From positions 186,001-250,000 of the forward strand of contig JBODTK010000001.1 in NCBI GenBank assembly GCA_050613775.1: a stretch of DNA of 64,000 nucleotides. Direction: 5' to 3'. Within the stretch, counting starts at the first letter, position 1, and every line of letters starts with the position of its first letter. This stretch comes from Neocallimastix sp. 'constans'. Taxonomy: Eukaryota. The notes under the pieces are model-generated. The model worked only from the letters and a program-made list of their open reading frames with translations. It did not search any database and was not told the origin of the DNA. The translations under genes were made by a program, and so were the position numbers. Shown in pieces: positions 48,971 to 59,897 of the stretch.

Positions 48971-50377
48971 TATTATTTATTATTTATTATTTATTATTTA
49001 TTATTTATTATTGTTAATTATTATTATTAATTTGTACAATTTAAGACTTTTTTTTTATTGTTAATTTGTTATTTGTACTAAACTATATTTATTATTATAA
49101 TTATTATTATTATTATTATAATTTTAAAAAGAATAATATTAATAACTATTATAACAAAAATTAATACTACTATTATAGCAATAGCTATTACAATAAAAAA
49201 TAATAATATTATTATAACAATTACTATTATATAATAATATTATTATTATAGCAATAACTATTATATAGTAGTAATAGTAATATAACAATAGTAACTATAT
49301 ATAATAATATTAATATTAAACAATAACTATTATTTAATTATTATGATAATAATTATTTAATTACTATAATTATAAATAAAAATGATATTTTTTTTCTGAA
49401 ATGTATTTTTTTTTTTTTTTTTTTTCTTTTCGAAAATGTATACTACTTTCCTTCTTTCAATATTAATTTACACAATAGAACATTGAGAACCTGTCATATT
49501 AGCTCTTCTCTCATTAGGATAGGCAAAACAGTAACTGTCATTTTTGATAGGGCAAGTGGGGTATTTAAACGTTGGTGAAAGATAGGATCGAATAAGGGTA
49601 CTAAATTAATATTATAACATGTAAATGAAAATGATGATGATGATGATGATGATGATAAACAATTTTTTTTTTTTTTTTTTTTTTTTTGTTTGGTTTGATA
49701 CAGCTATCTTTGAAGCTTCCTTTGGATTATGATGAAATTTTTTTGGGGTACATTTTTATGTAGAGAATGATTCCAATACTGAATATACTGAGAAGGAGAC
49801 GTGTCAATCGGACGTTTAGGAAGGTAGGTCATTTAAAAATGTGAATGAACTATCTGGAGGGAAACAGAACCAGGAGAGGAGGGAGGGTAGTTATTATACT
49901 ACCACAAAAAGGAAATTAAAAGAGTTGAAAGAGTTGAAAGAAAGAGTGATTTTTATTGTATTTCAATAATACTTAAAAAAATAAAAAAAAAAAAAAAAAC
50001 CTTTTTTTTTTGCCAAGGATGATGCTACTTTGATTAACTACTACCCGAAGAAAAGGATATTAGGATAATAATGGAATGGAATATCTATCTAATTGGCATT
50101 GACGCTGACATCTCATCCATGCTGAATTGGAATGGTTGGTGTATTTGGCTTTGAGATATACTGTTAAAAAAAAATAGAAAAAAAAAAAAAAAACAATTCA
50201 AATTAAGAAATACCTAGTCGAAACAAGATGTCCGATGCCAATGATGCCAGTACTAGAAGAGATAATGATATTATATATCATGTTTAAAAAAGATGCCCTT
50301 AATCATGATGTGATAAACTATCTGCATATCCACTGTACTCAAGGTTACAAATAATAAAAAAGAATAATGATAATATC

Positions 50378-50418
<41 letters not shown>

Positions 50419-50986
50419 CATGGTTAATTATTAAATATCTTTTTCATATTAAAAAAAAAAAAAAAAAAAAAAAATAAATAAATTTAAATATATAATTTTT
50501 AAAAAAAAAAAAAATTAAAAACTTTAATATATAGATGTATGGCTTTAAAAATTCATTACATATTTTATTTAGATTTACAATTTTTTTTTTTTTATTTATT
50601 CTTAATTATAATATCCTAATAAAAAGGTTAATTTCAACTTCAACCCATGAGAAGTTTCTTCTTAATTATGTTTTTTTTTTTTTTTTTTGAATGGATAGAA
50701 TTATATTAATTTTAATTTATTTATTTATTTATTTTTTTTAAATATATAATGAATAATTGGTATAATTATTTTTATATGTAATATATGATATTGATTATTT
50801 ATTGATAATATTGTCTTTTATAATATTGATTATTTAAATATTATGATAATATATATATTTATATATTTATAAAAAAAAAAAAAAAAAAGGGTCAAAATCA
50901 TTATAGATAGTTACTGTTTATTCCTATGCTTTTTACTTTTTTTTTATTATTATTATTAAATTTTAATATTGCTTTTATTAGTTTAC

Positions 50987-51862
50987 TTAAACTCTTTCTT
51001 TTTTATTAATATAGTCACTAACGACTTGAATATACTTTTCACATTCAACGACAAGGGCAAGGTGTCCACCCTTAAGTTTAGTTTCTACTGTAGGATTTGA
51101 CATGATATTGATCAGATCATTTTTACAGGAATCATTAAAGGTATCATCATCTTCAGAAAGAATAAGTAATACTTTATCATCCCATTTTTTGAAGTCTTCT
51201 GGAACCATTTCCATATGATGTTCTAAATCAATTAAGAGATCTTCCATATGAATTTCAAATTCTTTCGTAAGTTGTTTATCTGTAAGTTCATAGAAATCTT
51301 TAAATACAGATTTCTGTTCCTCTGTATAACTGTCTTTGGCCATTTTTTTTAGTGATTGCTTTATTAAAAGTCTAACCATAGAAAATGGAATAAATCTTAA
51401 GATGGTTTTAAACGTTTTTTGAGCTTTCAACATTTTCATTAAACATTGTTTAGATTCTGGTTTCATATCCTTTGGAAGACTACAAGTATTGGAAAGAATC
51501 ATTCCTTCAACTTGGTCTGGATGATATTTTGCAAAAACTTGAGATATAATACCACCAAGAGATTGACCCACAAGCCATACCTTTTCATTTAAAGACTTTA
51601 AAAGTTCACTAATACCATCGATTAATTCTTTTATTGTCGTTAACTGAATTGGGTAATCAAACATTATAAGAGAGTATTCTTTACTGAAATTATTAAAGTG
51701 GGTATATAATAAATCAGAAAGACCAATACCACCTGTGAGTAAAAGAAGGGTGGTCTTGGCCTTAGGGTTTTTGTAGTAACGATAAATAAACGATTTACTA
51801 TTACTTAACTCTAGAGTTTGATTTGGATAAGTATCATAAAATTTTTGTAACTTACTTTCCAT
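50987..51862 (-). CDS. Alpha/beta-hydrolase fold protein (esterase/lipase-like), about 291 aa, intronless
   Basis: ATG at 51862 (MESKLQ). LLLLTGGIG oxyanion-loop region, nucleophile elbow LVGQSLGG, acid in LILSEDDDTF, catalytic His in GGHLAL. Confidence 0.9.
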   Translation of the reverse strand: MESKLQKFYDTYPNQTLELSNSKSFIYRYYKNPKAKTTLLLLTGGIGLSDLLYTHFNNFSKEYSLIMFDYPIQLTTIKELIDGISELLKSLNEKVWLVGQSLGGIISQVFAKYHPDQVEGMILSNTCSLPKDMKPESKQCLMKMLKAQKTFKTILRFIPFSMVRLLIKQSLKKMAKDSYTEEQKSVFKDFYELTDKQLTKEFEIHMEDLLIDLEHHMEMVPEDFKKWDDKVLLILSEDDDTFNDSCKNDLINIMSNPTVETKLKGGHLALVVECEKYIQVVSDYINKKERV

Positions 51863-51918
51863 TGTCAATTTAATTAATTTTAATAAATATTATAAATATA
51901 AATATAGATATAGCTTTT

Positions 51919-51956
<38 letters not shown>

Positions 51957-52003
51957 AATAATGTTTATAATACGTTTTTTTATTTAATTTATTATTTTTT
52001 TTA

Positions 52004-52045
<42 letters not shown>

Positions 52046-52122
52046 TAAAGAAAATTAATTAATTTATATATTAATTTGAAAATTCGATAGAAAATCGATA
52101 GAATTTAAAAATTAGTATTGTT

Positions 52123-52129
<7 letters not shown>

Positions 52130-52171
<42 letters not shown>

Positions 52172-52900
52172 GCCGCAATTATTGCGAAGTTTAAACTTTA
52201 TTTATTTATTATTATAATTATTATTATTATTATTATTATTAATTTTTTTTTTTTGTATGTAAAATTATAATAATTTTTTTTTATTAAAATATAAGTATTT
52301 TTTTTTTTTATTGAATAATTTAATATATTTCTATTTAATCGTATGATGAAAAAGATGCGTAAAACTCTGAAATCTCTGGAATTTCTACGTCCTAATGCCT
52401 TTTTCTATCTTAGATCCCTTGGAATGAACGGAATGGCTTATTTTTACTCTATGGAACACCTGGAGCCTTTCCGAACTACGTAAACAGCCTTCACGGAGAC
52501 TCTTCTTACCTCTAAGAAGGACAGAGTTAGTACCAGTTGGGGGGCATGGAGAACAAATTGGTTGAAAGTTTAAGCCATTCCCCACCAGGCTTTTTAAGAT
52601 CTTGGCATGAGTGATCTTAGTGAATCTTAAAAAGGCACAGAGAGTCATCTTTCTTTGGAACTTCGAACATACGGCTGTCTGTCATCAGTAATGATTACCC
52701 ACAACAACAACGGTAACCGTACCTTCCTTGTTAGCAAAGTTCTTAGTAAAGTTCTTAGTAAAGTTCTTAGCAATGTTGGAAAGAATCATTGGTGGCTTCT
52801 TAATTCTGGACATAAGAAATCTCTTAAGAAGAACGTTGTTGAAAGCAGCATGCATCAGAACGACGAGCTAAGGAAACGAAGAAACGATAGAGCTTAACTA
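52130..52900 (-). mobile_element. Probable retroposon relic: poly-A-tailed 3' terminus plus a GC-richer degenerate block
   Basis: Long poly-T followed by agccgcaattattgcgaagtttaaact (52171), recurring after poly-T at ~55964 and ~56092. Adjacent 52340-52900 is GC-enriched but has no recognisable intact ORF. Confidence 0.4.
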
Positions 52901-54059
52901 AAAGTAATAAGTAAAACCTTATTACTTTTTGGGGCAGATCTAATGGTGCTCTTGAAAGGTTTCTTTTGGATGTTGATAACCATTTTAACAAATGCTTCTT
53001 AGAACTATAATATCAAGTTGAAGCTTTATAAAAGCAATTATTAATTAAAAAAGAAAAAAAAAATTATAGAAACTTTTTTTATTTATTTATTTTTTTTTTT
53101 ATTAATAAAACAATATAGATATTATAAAAATATAAAAATGAAGAAGAATCTCATCCCAAGAATAAATTAAATATATTAATAATTTTATATTGATGTCATG
53201 GGTTTTCAAGAAGTCTTCCCAAAACTTAGAAATTAATGGAAGAATTACATATATAATTAGGTAAAAATGCATTTGAATCAATTCATCCATTATGGTTGCA
53301 GTTGGTTAATAATATTTAAGTAAATTCACTGGACTTATTCGCTGATTTTCGAGTTATTAAAAGGAAAAAAGATGTTTAGTAGATTGAATATATATATATA
53401 TTAATTTATTTTAATTGATATATATATTTTTTTATTTTAATTTCTTTTTATTATATTAATATTGATATTTAATTTAATCTAATTTTAAATATTATATAAT
53501 ATAATCATATATAATTTAATTTAATTAAAATTAATTATATATATATGCATATATTTATATTATATTATATATATATTTTTATTTATTTATTATTATATAT
53601 ATATTTATAAATATCAACTCTTTCTATCTCTCTATATTTCTCAATATTATATATTTTATATATCAATTAATCATTACTATTATATCTATCTATCTATCAA
53701 TATTTTTATTTCTATTAAAATATCTATTTTAAACTATAACTTAACTTTTTTTTTTTTTTTATTATTAATAAAAATAAATAATATAATAAATATATAAGAT
53801 ATTTCTTGTCATTGATATAAAAAAATAAAAAAAATAAAAATAAAAAAAAAAAAAAAGAATTACAAAATATTTTTTTCAATTTATTTATTCAATACATTTC
53901 ATATTATATTATTTCCTATATATGACAATTTTAAACATTAAAGATATTAAAAAATTTATTAAATATATAAAAAATTAATTATTGAATGTTAATTATTCTA
54001 TAAACATTGTTTTTGCTATTGTTGGTAATGGTTTTTATTAAATAATATATAGATGAAAG

Positions 54060-54320
54060 ATATAATTATCATGCCAAAGTTCCATTTATTCATGAATTAC
54101 TAGTCCCATTCTATTTGTCAGAATATCATTCATGTAATGGTGTTCCATTTGGTAATTTTAAAAGGACCTTACTCCATTCTAAGACGCCGTCTTACTGGAA
54201 GATATGTACATAATTATGTTGTAAATTATACCAAGGACTTTATTAAAACTTATGATGGTACTAATTCGTAATTATTTCTTGTTAGTACCATTGAAGCTCA
54301 TGAAAGAACAGCCTTAATAT
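54060..54320 (+). pseudogene. Isolated degenerate coding fragment
   Basis: Reads HELLVPFYLSEYHSCNGVPFGNFK / PYSILRRRLTGRYVHNYVVNYTKDFIKTYDG..*..STIEAHERT across a frameshift and a stop. Protein-like composition in an otherwise AT desert; family not established. Confidence 0.35.
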
Positions 54321-54768
54321 TATAATTAATAGATGGCGATTTTTAGCCTATCTCATAATTTACTTTTTTTTTTTTTTTTTTTCTTGACTTTTACATTTTT
54401 ATATTGTTATTGTTGAAAGGTTGTTTATTGAAAATTAATATTACCCTTTTTTATATAATATAGTTTTAAAACAACTAATAATATTAATTATTGTTTCATA
54501 CCAATTATTAGCCTTTTTTTTTTTTTTTTTTTTTTTTTCTGTTTAATCTTTAATTAAATATTAAATAAATTAAAATTTTAAACGATAAATATTACACAAT
54601 ATTACACATTACATATTAAATATTAAATACTAAATATTAAATATAAATATAAAAAAATAAAATAATAATAAATAAATAATATATAATATAATAAATAAAT
54701 TTAAATATAATAAATAATAAATTATAAATAATAAATAAATAATAAATAAATAAATAAATAATAAATAA

Positions 54769-54847
<79 letters not shown>

Positions 54848-55699
54848 AATATATATATATATAAAACATTATTTTTATAAATCATTCTTAATTTTAAAAT
54901 CGTGAAATACAAATAACTTTTGAACTAAAGAAGAAGTATTACGACCTTTAGATCAGTTCTATATTAGTTTTATATTAGTTTTAATTGTAAAAATGATGTA
55001 TGCGCCAATGTAAGAACCTTATTATGGAGAATTTTAACGTTAGAAATGGCTGATAAAAAATGGAAAATTAATATCCTATTATTATTGAAACAAGCCCTTA
55101 TGAGAATAGTATAATCGGTTAAAGTGTATTAAATAACGTAAGATGAAGATGAAGTAAAAATATTCAAGTATTGTGAAAAAAAAAAAAAAAAAAATAAAAT
55201 TAATTAAATGTAATAATAAAATTATTGCGTTTAATATTTGAGCAAAAGTCCAATAGTACATTGAGATAATAATATGTGTTAGGTAGAGCTAGTCACTCCT
55301 TATTTGGATTGTAGTAAGCCATTGACGTAAAAATATAAATACTCTATAAGTGTAGTTTTCAACAATAATTTGAAATTGAATTATGAAATTTAGTTTATCT
55401 ATCTATTAAGTGTAAATAATGTTCTATATTAATATTTTACAAAGTAAAAAATAAATATCTTATTTAATAGATAATAATAATTAGATAATATATACCATTT
55501 AAATTCTATTAATCTATTAAAATTAAAAATAAAACAAAGTAAAATAAATATAAAAATAAAAATAGAAATAAAAATAGAAATAAAGATTTAAAAAAACATG
55601 AAATTTCTATATTATATAACATTAATAATTAATTATTATTTGTAATAATAATAATAATAATAATAAAAATAATAATAATAACAATAATTCTAAGAATCA

Positions 55700-56230
55700 T
55701 TTTATTTTTTGATATTCTAAAAACAATATCGTCAGACAATGAGACCACCACAACACCTTTTTTTTTTTTATTTTTTTTTTTATTAGTAATTTCATCATAT
55801 CTTTGACATTTATCCAATGTGTCATTAATAAATATATTCAATAAAAAATAGGTGATAACGGACACTCTTTACAAAAAAAAAAAAAAAAAAAAGAACGCTC
55901 CTTGGTGGACAAGAACTTATTTTTTTTTTATTTTTTATTTTTATTTATTTTTTTTTTTTTTATAGCCGCAATTATTACGAACTTTAAACTTGATTTACTT
56001 ATTCATATAATTAAATAGTAATATTATATATTTAGAAAAAAAAGTTCATAGGCAAAGAACCTCACCTCCATTTTTTTTTTTTTTTTTTTTATAGTTATAA
56101 TTATTGCGACTTTTAAACTATATTTATTTATTCATTAATTAATTATAGGAGTATTTTTATTTTATTTTATTTTATTTTATTTTATTTTATTTTATTTTAT
56201 TTATTTATTTATTTTTTTTTAATTATTATA

Positions 56231-56279
<49 letters not shown>

Positions 56280-56792
56280 AGAATTAATAAAGAAATAAAT
56301 ATTACTTGTCCAATAATAATGTTAAAATAATGTTAAGTAATATTCAAAATAAAGTGTATGAATAAATTCAATAAAAAAAATGAAAGAAAAAAAAAAAAAA
56401 ATGAAGTTCATAGGCAATGAACCTCACCTCCAGATGATAAGATATTCTATTTTAAAAAGGAATTCTTATTCTGGATTAGGATTTGAATTGACCCTTTGAA
56501 AGAAATGATGGTCTTCTCTCCCTCTAGAGCCATTGGACTTGCTAAACTTTGCCTCTCTTAACTGAATTTTCAGCATTGACACTCCTTGGTTACTTTGCAC
56601 TTTATATTTTCGGAATAGTAACCCTTGGCCGAGTAACAGTAACTAGCCAGAGGCATAATTTCTGTTAAGGAAGAGAGCCGCCGATCACACCAAGAATGGG
56701 CGTTTTAGAATAATCAACCAGAAATGATTTGAGTTCTTCAACAAAACAAAACATCCCCATTCCTTTAAATTTAAAAAAAAAAAATAATAATA

Positions 56793-56825
<33 letters not shown>

Positions 56826-57915
56826 AATAGAGCCCATCAAAACAATATTGTCAGACAATAAGACCATCACAACACTTTTTTTTTTTTTTTTTTTTTTTTA
56901 TTATTATTATTTTTTTTTTTTAAATTTAAATTAATAATGTCTGTATCTCTTTCACCACTAAGGGAAGTTATATAATCGGTACCACATCACATCTATATTT
57001 TACACCCTCATTATTTAGTAAAAATTATATAAATGAGCACTCTTTTACTCCAAATGACCTATTCAACTATATTATGATTAGTAACTAAACTATTATTTTC
57101 ACAATCTCTTATATTAATATTCCTTTTTTTTTTTTTTTTTTTTTTTTTTATTATTATCACTAATTCTACTACTACTACTATTAACAATATTATTTCTATT
57201 ATTATAAATATTAATATTATAATAATTTTTTTTTTTTTTTTTTTTTTTTATTATTATTATTTTTTTTTTTTAAATTTAAATTAATAATGTCTGTATCTCT
57301 TTCACCACTAAGGGAAGTTATATAATCGGTACCACATCACATCTATATTTTACACCCTCATTATTTAGTAAAAATTATATAAATGAGCACTCTTTTACTC
57401 CAAATGACCTATTCAACTATATTATGATTAGTAACTAAACTATTATTTTCACAATCTCTTATATTAATATTCCTTTTTTTTTTTTTTTTTCTTTTTTTTT
57501 ATTATTATCACTAATTCTACTACTACTACTATTAACAATATTATTTCTATTATTATAAATATTAATATTATAATAATTTTTTTTTTTTTTTTTTTTTTTA
57601 TTATTATCACTAATTCTACTACTACTACTATTAACAATATTATTTCTATTATTATAAATATTAATATTATAATAAAACTTTGTTACTACTCTCAGAATCT
57701 TATATTAATATTCCTTGATTCTATATTATTCATATCTGTAATAACCGTGTTTACATTACCATTTGATATTGGCCAATATTTAGAAATTATTAAAAAAAAA
57801 AAAAAAAAAATTTTTTTTCATAAAGAATTTCAATATCCTTAAACTATTTCATTTGAAATTCACGGAAAATGATAACATTTTAGAAAACTAAACTAATGTT
57901 CCAATCGAGGATGAC

Positions 57916-57974
<59 letters not shown>

Positions 57975-58365
57975 CTATAATAACAAAAAAAGGACATCAT
58001 CGTTCTGGACCGTCGTCTTCAACCCATGTTGGTGGACTTTGGTGACACGAGCATTGAATTTATATCCAACATCCATCTTGGCATGAAGTACCTAACGGAA
58101 GTCAATACTAAAAAAAAAAAATTCAGGATACTTGAAGTTGAGTTTTAGGTACTCTCTAGTTTTTTCAAATTTTTATTTTTTTTTTTTTTTGTTTTTCAAA
58201 TTTATTTATTTATTATTTTTTTTTTTTTATAAATTTATTTTTTTTTTTTTTTTTTTGTTTTTCAAATTTATTTATTTATTTATTTATTTTTTTTATAAGT
58301 CTTAGCTTTAATTAGTTTTTCCTGCCTGCCATATCTCTATCCCAGTATAAAATTTTTACAAATTG

Positions 58366-58408
<43 letters not shown>

Positions 58409-59008
58409 ATGATGATGGAAATATATCTAATTTGTCTATTAAAATTTTTTTTTTAGTTTCTTTATGCTATTGCAAGGCATCTACTAACGAAATTATATCA
58501 CTAAGTAAGTCAATCCGAGATCCTACTTTACGAGTTTTTTCCTATTTTTTTTTTTTTTTTTTAAAAAAAACACCCTACCTGAGCAAAGTAATCGTACATT
58601 TCGCTCGCCGAAAGAGGAGGAAGGTTGTTTAGTTTAGTTTTAGTTCTTTTTAGAATAACAATAAAGGGGAGATATAAAGCTATTCCCATTAAAAAAAAAA
58701 AAAAAATCCTTCCTTCCAGTATAATCCTGAATTTTAACTAGAGTGTCTTGGACATTTCTCGTTCTTTCTTTCTTTCTTTCTTAGATCCAAGTTAGAGGTG
58801 CATGTATATGAAACTTGTCCAATTACTATAGCTGAAAATAACCTTCTTATTTTATAAGGGAGAGGAATATGAGGATTTCATAAGAAATTCTTTTTATTGG
58901 AATAAAGTGCTTTTTGCTTTTCTAACTTTATTATTATTCATTCTCTGTAGGATCGGTTTCAAATTCTAAATCATTTGAAAACGATACACCTAGGTAGGTA
59001 TAGCAATT

Positions 59009-59042
<34 letters not shown>

Positions 59043-59050
59043 GTAATTCT
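55700..59050 (-). mobile_element. Cluster of degenerate LINE (non-LTR) RT relics
   Basis: CPLSP../LNIFINDTLDKC...SDDIVF (55865-55720) and CCDG../LSDNIVL (~56875-56840) correspond to the RT QGxxLSP/FADD region; NCYTYLGVSFSNDL (~59010-58968) is the YLG motif. Heavily interrupted by poly-T/A expansions. Confidence 0.65.
56880..57675. repeat. Recent 350-bp tandem duplication plus a partial third copy
   Basis: taaatttaaattaataatgtctgtatctctttcaccactaaggg starts at 56921 and at 57271. The terminal ~100 bp (ttattatcactaattctactact...) is repeated again at ~57600. Confidence 0.9.
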
Positions 59051-59897
59051 TGACTTAAAAGATAAAAAATGTAGAGTTACTATTATAAAGAAATCTTGAA
59101 ACCTCCCCTCGTACTACTAGACTGGCACATTTATTGATGCCAAATTGTATTTCATTATTTCTAGCCCATCACTAATAGTAATTTAAATATTTTCAAAACA
59201 CATTATAATCATTAAAGAGCAATATTATTTATTTTTCACTATCCCTAATATTAATATTAATATTTTCATAACATTACAATCATTAAACAGCAATATTTTT
59301 ATTTTTCACTATCACTAATAGTAATATAAATATTTTCATAACATTGTAAACATAATACACTATAACATTAAAATTAATAATTAAAAAATTACACTTTTAA
59401 ATTATTTATTTTTTTTTTTATTATAATTATATATATTTTTTATTTTAAAATAAAATTATACTCTTTAATTTTTCTAATAAAATTATATACATACATATAT
59501 ATATATATATTTTTTTTTTAGAAAAAAAAATATATTTTTAATTTCTTTTTTTTTTTTTAAAAAAAAAAAAAACTTTCTAATAAAATTAACATAAATTCAA
59601 TAATGCTTATTAATTATAAATTTAAATAATATTTTATTGATTTATTTATTATAATTTTAAATAATATTTTATTTAAAATTTTTTATTATTTCGATAAAGT
59701 TATAATTATTAATATGGGGCTTTTCTCAATTTATAAATTTATAATTTATATATATTACAATTTCTTCTGCTTTACGAATAAATATTTTATAATAAATATT
59801 TTATAAAACTAATATTTTTTTTTTTTTATATTTATATTTATTTTTTTTTTAAAAAAAAATTTTATTAAAATTAAAAATATTATTTAATTTAATTTAT

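Noticed and set aside
49480..50350. GC-enriched patches suggestive of another TE relic
   Set aside because: No motif I could read with confidence.
52930..53350. Possible gypsy integrase scraps (SKFWEDFLKTHDINIK; SNGALER)
   Set aside because: Too short, on opposite strands and degenerate; not supportable without a search.
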